Below, piece after piece: positions 54,159 through 64,000 of a stretch of DNA of 64,000 nucleotides. The stretch is from Chrysomallon squamiferum. Its lineage: Eukaryota > Animalia > Mollusca. The translations under genes were made by a program, and so were the position numbers. The stretch's first letter is position 1. Every line of letters begins with the position of its first letter. The DNA lies in the NCBI GenBank assembly GCA_012295275.1, contig CM022676.1, forward strand, positions 4,526,001-4,590,000. Direction: 5' to 3'. Below the pieces are notes generated by a model, which was not told the origin of the DNA, ran no database searches, and saw only the letters and a program-made list of their open reading frames with translations.

Positions 54159-54324
54159 GATAAACCTCACAAGTGTACAATGTGCTCGAAATCGTTCCCG
54201 ACCCCCGGGGATCTGCGTTCCCACATGTACGTGCATAGCGGGTCCTGGCCTTACAAGTGTGATATCTGTAACCGCGGGTTCAGCAAACAAACCAACCTGA
54301 AGAACCACCTGCTGCTTCACACTG
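54159..54324 (+). CDS. PRDM-family gene, exon 6 (zinc fingers 4-5)
   Basis: Encodes DKPHKCTMCSKSFPTPGDLRSHMYVHSGSWPYKCDICNRGFSKQTNLKNHLLLHTG. Donor GTGAGT. Confidence 0.94.
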
Positions 54325-54566
54325 GTGAGTTGTAGTTGTAGCTGTTGATGTCGTCGTCGTTGCTGCTGTTGTTATTGTTGTCGTTGTTATTATTATTATT
54401 ATTACTATTACTACTATTACTTTTATTACTGTTATTAATACTATTATTACTATTATTATTAATATTATTATTATTATTAATATTAATATTATTATTGTTG
54501 TTGTTGTTGTTATTGTTATTATTATTATTATTATTAATATTATTATTATTATTATTATTTTTTCAG

Positions 54567-54650
54567 GTGATCGACCTCACGCATGCGCACAATGTGGCAA
54601 GAAATTTGCTCTTCAGTGCAATCTTAAAACACACATGAAAACACACGAAG
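54567..54650 (+). CDS. PRDM-family gene, exon 7 (zinc finger 6)
   Basis: Encodes DRPHACAQCGKKFALQCNLKTHMKTHE. 84 nt, phase 1-1, donor GTAAGT. Confidence 0.93.
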
Positions 54651-54683
54651 GTAAGTTTTTTCTTCTCCGTGTACCTTCCTTCC

Positions 54684-54687
<4 letters not shown>

Positions 54688-54757
<70 letters not shown>

Positions 54758-54912
54758 AATAAATCTCTCTCTCTTTCTCTCTGTCTTCTCTATGACTGTA
54801 TATTTCTAATAAAATTTGAAAAGATCACGTTTTCTCTGTCTTTCTAATGACTGTCTTTCTGTCTATCCATGTTGAGCTATCTTTCTCTATATGCATATCT
54901 CTCTCTCTCTCC

Positions 54913-54998
<86 letters not shown>

Positions 54999-55111
54999 GT
55001 GTGTCTGTCTGTCTGTTAGTCTGTCTCTCTACAGATGTATATATAATAATAAAAGTAATATCTCACTTTTTCTCTGTCTTTCTAATATGACTGTCTTTCT
55101 GTATCCATATT

Positions 55112-55202
<91 letters not shown>
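54688..55202. repeat. Intron 7: (CT)n tracts separated by a tandemly duplicated spacer (~240-bp period)
   Basis: …CACGTTTTCTCTGTCTTTCTAATGACTGTCTTTCTGT… at ~54827 and a near copy at ~55064. Confidence 0.8.
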
Positions 55203-55207
<5 letters not shown>

Positions 55208-55254
55208 GTGATATTTAACTACGATTTTAATGAAGTTAATTCTGTATTACCCAG

Positions 55255-55790
55255 GTGACAACAGAGACAGAGAGTCATGTCGGATCTGCAACAAATTCTT
55301 CTCCCAGTCGAGCGGCAAAATCCAAAATGGCGTCTGCCTGCTTTGCGCAGACGACAGAACCAGCTCCCTCGGAGACCGAAACCACGACAACCCCCGGGAC
55401 GCGAGGACGAAGGGATCGCCGAGAAAGACGAGCGACTTCAGCATCTCGAAAATCACGGAGAGCGACAGAAACGTGTCGCTCAAGTCGAGCCCTCAGCGAC
55501 ACAGCAAACATTTTCTGACGTCCACGCCGACGTACGGGTATCAACGTTGCGCATTTGGGATGCCGTCGTCGTCGTCGTCGTCTGCTGCTGCTGCTGCTGC
55601 TGTAGTAGGTTCCATGTTCTGTGCGTCGCCCAGAGAAGGGATCGCTCCGTTTCGTTTCGGAAAAACGTCGCCGGAAGGGATTCCCACTTTTGCAGGATCC
55701 CACTACTTTCCGAGCCCGCAGGTTTTGTACGGAACCTCAAATCCTGCGGTTCATTTCAGTCAGGCTATGTGGCCCGGGCTTATAACATAA
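55255..55790 (+). CDS. PRDM-family gene, exon 8 (last coding exon: CxxC…CxxC, eh1-like FSISKI, polyS/polyA); total CDS 1785 nt = 594 aa
   Basis: The acceptor cccag ends at 55254, phase 1 fits exon 7, and the frame is open to TAA at 55788-55790. Confidence 0.85.
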
Positions 55791-56100
55791 ACATCTTGAT
55801 AAATAACATAAAGCTTTACGTCGTCAACATAACGATAACGTAAAATTTTATGTTTTATAACAGACGAGCAGAATGCTTTGTACTGGTAACACGTCGCAAG
55901 CATAAAGCTTTATGTTAACAACAAAGTGAAGTGACATAAAGCTTTATGTTGATACCGTAATGTATCATATAGTTTTTTTGTTATCTTGATAACGAAGTAA
56001 TATGAACGTTATATTGGTGACTTATATTAAAGTTTACTTTAATGACAGTTATAAATATAGGAATTTATCTTGATGACATCCGAAACAAGGATTTTAATTT
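55785..56100 (+). repeat. ~32-bp-period degenerate tandem repeat with a palindromic core, immediately after the PRDM stop codon
   Basis: ACATAAAGCTTTATGT-like cores at 55806, 55838, ~55868, 55900 and 55934. Confidence 0.65.
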
Positions 56101-56679
56101 TGCATTTTTTTGGAATCTGACGAAAAAAACATTACTGAATTAGGATTTTAAATTTCTGATTTTCACATCTGATGACAATCAAAATTGAAGATATAATAAA
56201 AAGAAGGGGAAAAAAAGAAAAGAAAAGAAAAGAAAAGAAAAGGATTTTATTTTTCAAATCCTGCTATTTCATTTGTGATCTGACAAAAATTCGGTTTGTT
56301 TAAAATATGGACTAAAAAAAGACATGGATTAAGGATTATTATATTCCTGTATTGTTACTTGACAAATACGGATTCTGAGATGATATTGTCATAAAGAACA
56401 ATGAAATATTAATAATTTTAAAATTGCTTTAAAATATGTTAATTTTTAACGAGAAAAAAAAATGACTATACCATGCAAAACCTTTTTTTCAAAATGTAAA
56501 TGCTACAGTATAAACATACTGTATACTTATAATTAATAGTTTTATTTATTTACATAGAAATGTATATGAGTAATAAGCTAAAATGTAGTCTTCTAACCCA
56601 TTATTAAACTTATTATTAGCAAAGATTATTGTCTATAACATATAATCATAATGATGGTAGTATGGTTGGTATGATGGTA

Positions 56680-56773
<94 letters not shown>

Positions 56774-57298
56774 CTATTATTTAAGATGTATTATTATTAT
56801 TATTATTATTACCACTACTACTACTACTACTTTATTATTATGATTATTATTATTATTATGATTATTATTATTATTATTATTATTATTGTCTAGTCATTGT
56901 TCAATATGTAAATTTTTTTTTAATTTAAACTCTTGTTGCTAAACATTTGAAACCGACGAAATCAGTGTCTTATTTATAATGACTCATTTCCATTACATAT
57001 GTATATATTCTCCTAATCCGTTACACTATAATCTCTTAACACTTATCCTGGATTATCGTAATCTGCTTTCCGTTTAGTATATTTGTGTGTCAAAAGTCAA
57101 GGTGCAACTAACAACTTTTAATCCAGCGATCTTGCTGGAAACACTCCACCGTTTCAGAAACTTCCTGATTAAGAAACAGGATTTCCGTTTGTTTGTCGTA
57201 ATTTCCTCCCTTTCATTCGCGAACCTTGCTTATCTTAAAGTTTACCGTTTCCTGCATTGAATAATATTATCAAATCATTTTGTATTGTCTGTTTTATG

Positions 57299-57369
<71 letters not shown>

Positions 57370-57470
57370 GATTATTACTTGTAGTGATCTTAGATGGCAG
57401 TATTGGTAATGAAATGTATTCAGAGACCAGTATAAAGATCATGTCAAATTGACGTATAAAAAAGTTTATG

Positions 57471-57517
<47 letters not shown>

Positions 57518-58524
57518 CATCATCATCATCATCAGTATCATCATTCTCATCATTATCATCAACATTTTATTCATCATCATTTAACTATAAAACAGATTTC
57601 TCTGAAAGATTTAATATCTCTGATGTTACAAATATTGAACCTAACACAACAGTCAATACTTTGTGTTTTGCTACCTGTATTAAAATAGCATTCACAACAT
57701 TTTCATATAATGTGTGTGTATATATATATATATTTACGCTTATAACATGTTTAATACATGTCTGTATTATATGTTTATAATTACAATGTCTTTCATGTCA
57801 AATATTTGTGTATAAAGTGCATGTTTATTCCATACCTACGATATTAAATATGTTTAAATATCAAGATATTAGTGTTGTGTTTCAGCTTGTGTTTATATAG
57901 ATATATACGTGTAATAGTAATAATTTATTTATTACTACCTACCTGCCTACCTACATTCATACAGACATACGTACACACGCATGCATTCATACATATATAC
58001 ATACATACATATACATACATACATACAAACATGCATACATACATACATACATACATACATACATACATACATACATACAAACATACAATACATACATACA
58101 TACATACATACATACATACATACATACATACATACACACATACACACATACATACATTACAATGGTCAATTTTAAGTTAAATCGAATCCCTGGAGATAAA
58201 ATTAGAGGATGATTAATTTTTTTAAGTAATAACAAAATTTCCTGCGTTCTTTAATTCATACATACATACATACGTACGTACTTATACTCTTGTTTTGTCG
58301 TCTGTTACTTAACACCGATGTCGACTGTTTCAAATTTTTATCCGTCTCCGAATACGAAGCAGCTTTATTTTAATATGTTATTAATAATATAATAGTAATA
58401 CAAAATATAAATTCAAAATAAATTAAAATTAAAATTTAGAACAAGCAATGTTTTCGGACATTCATTGTTTTTGTTTCTTAGTTTTTATTTTATTTTATTT
58501 TATTTTATTTTATTTTATTTTGTT

Positions 58525-58575
<51 letters not shown>

Positions 58576-59219
58576 TTTGTTTTTTTTTATTTATTTCTTT
58601 ATTTATTTATTTATTTATTTTTTTATTTTATCAGTAGTCACTGTTTACAGATGTTCAAGTTTCGTTTAAACAACAAAAAGTTCAGGATACCGGATGATTA
58701 CAATTACGAAGCGTAACTCGAGAAGTATAGAAGTGTGTAACGTGAAGACAATAAAACAGTCGAGTGACGTTAAAAAGGGGGAAGAACTCTTGACGATAAA
58801 AGCTGTCTCGTCGATCACGAATAAGCAATTCGCGCGGAGAAATAATTCTTTAATATCCGTTTAATTGATAATCTTACGTTACGAACGCTTCTTTCGGGCG
58901 ATTCCGCCATCTCTCTGTCAAAGTAACGATCGTTAAATAACGTCGACAATGGAAGTGCCAAGCGTTCGCCCATGACAACCGAACCAAAGCAAGGGGTGTA
59001 ACTCCAGCCGCGGAAAGCCCAGCAGCGCGTGTGGAACGTGGCGCCATGCCGCGAGTGTTCCGCTGGCTTATATAAGGTTCGACAACTGTGTACAATACTG
59101 TTGCACTTGCGTTCGGGGAAGGAGGGTCCAGTGACCAGGTTAAATTACGGGGCCCTTTAAAGGTGCTTTTTTTTTTCTTCTTTTAAACTAATAAATGCAA
59201 ATTTACTAAACGGAAACTA

Positions 59220-59291
<72 letters not shown>

Positions 59292-59379
59292 CAACAACAC
59301 TAAGAATAAAAAAAAATTAAAAAAAATAAAAAATAATAATAATAATAATAAAAAATAAAAAATAATAAAAAAATAATAA

Positions 59380-59418
<39 letters not shown>

Positions 59419-60534
59419 ACATTAGTACAGCTATAAAATGTAGGTTTAAAATAAACCCGTTTTTAAGTGACTAAACGAATGAATGAAATAAAAATAAGAA
59501 AATACAGTGGGTAAATTGTTCTTGTTCTTGTGTCCATATTGTTGCTGTCCTTCTTCTTCTTAATTTTCAATAATTACAAAATAAATAAACAAACAAATAG
59601 TAAAGATATAAAAAAAAAATGTTTTCTTCTTATAGTTATCATCGTCATCATCATCATCATCATTATTATTGTTTTTTTGTTATTATTACCACTACTACTA
59701 CTTCTACCATTTTCTTTATTTCATATTGGTTCGTTTTCTTCTTATTCTTCCTTTTTTTCTTCTTCTTCTTCTTTTTTCTTCTTCTTCTTCTTCTTCTTCT
59801 TTTTATCTTCTTCTTTTAATTCTTTTCTAATGTTTAATGTTTATTATATCAGTACCAAAAGAAACTTTAACTCTATGTTGGGCATGCGCTGAAGGGATGC
59901 TCAGAAAACTAGTGAGGAAAATAAGAAAAAGAAAAATAAAAAGAAAAGAAGAACAGGGTCATACTCCTCGGTTCTACGTGAAGAAGTTTTACAAGTTATA
60001 ATTGAATCGTCTACGACGGTCGTGTTGCATAACGCTAACAACCACGAAGGCACGCTTCAAACGGACCATGTCGGACGTCAATTGGCAGTTTGCTAACAAC
60101 ATTCAACGACCACAATGGACCGACGCTCTGATTTAACGCGCCATGGAGGACCACTCAAAACACCGGCAAGGGGGCGCAAACACGCAATAACCTGTGATTT
60201 AACACAGAATAGCAGTGTTCGCCGAAAACATCAAAGTTTGCGGAGAGAGAAAGACAAGACGGCTGCGAGGCTTAATGGAGTAAACGAGGCAAACGCGACT
60301 CATTATAAAGGTATGACACCTGATTTACAGGCGTTTGTCTCTTGCGACGGTTCATAATGCGCAGATGGCATCGGGGTAATGTTACAAACGAAGCTATCCC
60401 TGTCTTCTCGGGGGCCCTCTTTGGGATCGGCGCGACGCTTCGGTGAGATGATCCTAATGAGAGGCACAAGTTAGGTGAGTTTTTTGTTTTCTTTCGAATT
60501 TACGACTAGTTTTATTAGTAGTAGTAGTAGTAGC

Positions 60535-60603
<69 letters not shown>

Positions 60604-61234
60604 ATTGTTATTGTTATTGTTGTTGTTGTCGTTGTTGCTATTATTATTATTATTATTATTATTTGTAGTAATAGTAGTTAATGAATGTTGTTTCTGTTGT
60701 TACTAGTATTATTGTTGTTGTAAAAAGAAATAGAAAAATAAAGCAAACTGATCGAAAAATGTTATAAAACAAATGAATTAACTTAAATAAATAAATAAAT
60801 AGAAGAATTTAATTACTTACATATATCTAAATAAATAAAAAAAATACTATCAGTATTTCGTAAACTCTTTCATTTCAAATACTACTTCAAAATCAAACTA
60901 AATAACAAGCAATGCAAAAGCATTATTTCGTCATCAGTATTCATACGTCATTACTCATAGCAACCGTTGTTTGTATTTTTCTCTTTTTCCATTATGTGTG
61001 TTTATATTTAAAAACACAATCGCTACCCTTTACTTTTCCGGGTTTTGGAGGGTTTTGTTTGTGTTTTTTTTTTTTTTTTTTTTTTCTGTTTCTTCTTTTT
61101 TCTTGTATCTTCTTTTTTCATTTTATTTGTGATAAAGGCTTTCCAAATTTTATTGCATATAAATGTTGAATTTTCTTATTAATTTTCAAAAAACGTCATA
61201 ACATATATGTTGTGTCAGCCAGTAAAATTAGTTC

Positions 61235-61307
<73 letters not shown>

Positions 61308-62679
61308 TAATAATAATAATAATTGTTTTGTTGTTGCTGCTGATGAAGATGACCGTGATGTTGTGGTCTTTGCTTTTGTTGTTGTTATTTCTCTTTCTCG
61401 AGTTGTCGTTATTGTCGTTGTCAATGTTTTAAATAAAAAGAGCTGATAATTTACGAATTATAAAATAAACAAATAAACAGATCCTATGGGATTTAATTTA
61501 ATGTCAAGACGCAATTCTACAGAGGTGTACATAATTTTGTATTTTCAGAATCGGATCAGAAAACAAAATAATAATTAAACTGGAATTAGCTATTGTAAAA
61601 CATCATGAACGACTGAGTATCTATTTAACACGTTTCTACTTTTCGTTTTATTTTATTTATTTATTTTTTAATTTTAATTTATTTATTTTGATTTATTTTG
61701 TTTTTGTTTTATCTATTTGTTTTATTTTTTTATTTTTATTTTTATTTTTTTTTTTTGACTTGTCAGTATCAATTAGTTTAGGTTTACGTAATTATATTTG
61801 TCATAGAAACTAGTACATTTAGTACTACTAACAGTTCTCTTACGTTTACTACTATTACTATTATCTCTAGTGCTGCTATTAGTATTTTTTTCTATACTAC
61901 TAAAACTGCTACATTTGCTACTGCTCCACTACTACTATTACTAGTTTTGTTGTCAGTACTTTAATCCTAGTGGTGTTGTTAGTACTATAGAAACCATTGC
62001 TAGTATTATTACTATTGCTGCTACATATACTATTAATGTTATTAGTACTGTTCCTATTAGTACTACTATTACTACTAATAATATTACCTCTGGTACTTCT
62101 ATTATTTACACTGTACTACTAACACTACTACGATTACTATTACTACAACTGCATTACTACAATTATTAATACTGCTACTTCTAGTACTACTATTTCTACT
62201 ACTCTACTACTACTACTGTTACTACTACCACAACAACTACTATTGCTACTGATACTACTGCTACGAATAATAATATTACTACTATTGTTAATGAATGGAT
62301 ATTTGTTTAACAATTTTCAATTTTCATGAACATTTTTTTATCACAATGACATTTCATCACCACATCAACTTATAGGTTAGCAACAAGTGAGCGTTCATAT
62401 GCACCTTCCCGTAGATCAGGAAAAACAAACAACATAACCTGTTCATAATTCTGCAACCAAACGAGGACCCAAAGAAAACCAAAAAAAAAAAAAAAAACTG
62501 TCATCGTCGTTTACGACGTCGTTTCTGTTGGCTTTGCGATCTACTACAACTATATATTAAATTTTATTAAATATTTATTCTTCATCAGTTAAAACAGCCA
62601 GCAACGCTCCGATTATGAAAAGTCTTAAAAAAAAAATAATAAAAAAAAAGAAATTAAAAAAATTAAAAAAAAAGAAAGC

Positions 62680-63225
62680 GACAACATTTTTCTCCCGCCG
62701 AAACTTCCCGAGGAAAAAACTCGTCTGCTGTGTCTCCCGCCTCGGCGGTGGGGAGGGGGGGGCGTCTGTCGTCTGCTCGCTCGCTCGCTCGCTCGCTCGC
62801 GGATGTTTTCATTCTTTCTTTCGCTAACGAAGAGCCGCGCTCGGGTCACGTGACCATAAACTTTTCCAGCGACTCTCTCGCGGAAGCCACACGAACGACG
62901 ACAAACCCGCACCAGTTGCCATAATCACCTCCAGTTTTAAACAAGCGACGTTTTCCGGACTGCGGCGTAAAAAAAAAAAAAAAAAAAAATTCTAATGAGC
63001 GAAAAAAAAAAGAAGCAGTAGAAACGACGCTTCGCAAAATGAAGATGAAACCGACAAACTGCAGATGGCGATGCTGTCGCTAATATTTCTGCCATTAGTC
63101 CAGAAATGAATTTCGCGACCTGAGATTGGCTAGGAGAGATCGCAGGGGGGAGGGGGTGAAGGGGGGGTAGGGGTGCGATAAAGGGTGGGGGGGCGAGGTA
63201 GGGTGTGTGACGGGGTTAGGGATCT
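62680..63225. promoter_or_regulatory. CpG-rich regulatory island with a perfect USF/CLEAR E-box, a CCAAT box and a G-quadruplex-prone tract
   Basis: GGTCACGTGACC at 62844-62855, ATTGG at 63125, and nine G-runs of at least 3 nt at 63145-63221. Confidence 0.4.
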
Positions 63226-63339
63226 AGAGTGAAAAGAGGTTATAGGCGTGAGTCTTTAGTTCAAAATATTAAATGGATGATAGTTAAGAAGAATACTGTT
63301 AATGACAGTGAATGCAGTTATGAAAAACAGTAATAATAA

Positions 63340-63383
<44 letters not shown>

Positions 63384-63938
63384 ACTACAACAAGAAAAAT
63401 AAAATTATAATAAGAGTAATAATAAACATATAATAAAACAAAGAGTAATATTAACATCAATAATTATAATAACAGCTATATTATTGCTTTTATTATTATT
63501 ATAACTACTACTACTGTCATAATTATCATCATTATCATCACCATATCATCTTTACTACTACTAATATCATCATAATCGTTATATCGTCATTATTATAATT
63601 AATATCATGCATCATCATATTTTTAACATCATCATCATTATCATTATTAATATTTTTTATTATCATCATAATCATCATTATCATCATCATCATTAACGGT
63701 GATGATCGTAAGACGGAGGTTACAAGAACAGAACCAAGTACTTAAAGCTCTTCTTAACCCTACAGCTAAGCGACTGTCACTCAGTCAGGCGTCGCCTAGC
63801 AACGAAAGATAAACACACCCGATGATTATAGCTACAGCGTAGATAAATAGCGTAGTCCATTAGAATTCCAGTCCTAATTTACAGTCTGTTTCTCCGTTTA
63901 CAAAATAACAGTTTTGAAAAAGGACAAAAAGATGAGAG

Positions 63939-63969
<31 letters not shown>

Positions 63970-64000
63970 CGTTAGCAGACGAACATTTTAAAACCAAATC

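Noticed and set aside
55785-56000. CRISPR-like array (palindromic repeats with variable spacers)
   Set aside because: Eukaryotic 3' UTR, 16-bp degenerate cores with ~16-bp related linkers, and no cas genes.

Overview
Eukaryotic (animal, mollusc/cephalopod-like by inference) genomic DNA: very AT-rich, saturated with microsatellites, with GT-AG spliceosomal introns. Four protein-coding loci are supported. (1) The large last coding exon of a USF3/KIAA2018-like gene on + (1-2641), split by two single-base homopolymer frameshifts. (2, 3) A tandem pair of GT10 alpha-1,3-fucosyltransferase genes on -, each with a short 'MLK...' leader exon and a phase-2 intron. The 20961-23251 copy is intact. The 9167-15076 copy has two frameshifts. 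Both change the FENS donor-binding motif to FES. (4) A complete 8-exon PR/SET-domain gene with 6 C2H2 zinc fingers on + (38837-55790, 594 aa), an eh1 motif and a promoter carrying CCAAT, kB and CRE motifs. Most other ORFs in the track are microsatellite artefacts. The most unusual signal is a series of 300-600 bp unique, CpG-rich non-coding islands in and around the PRDM gene that fold into dense nested hairpins (strongest at 45.6, 47.1, 49.0, 53.5 and 26.5 kb). All pairings were found by eye and no folding statistics were computed.
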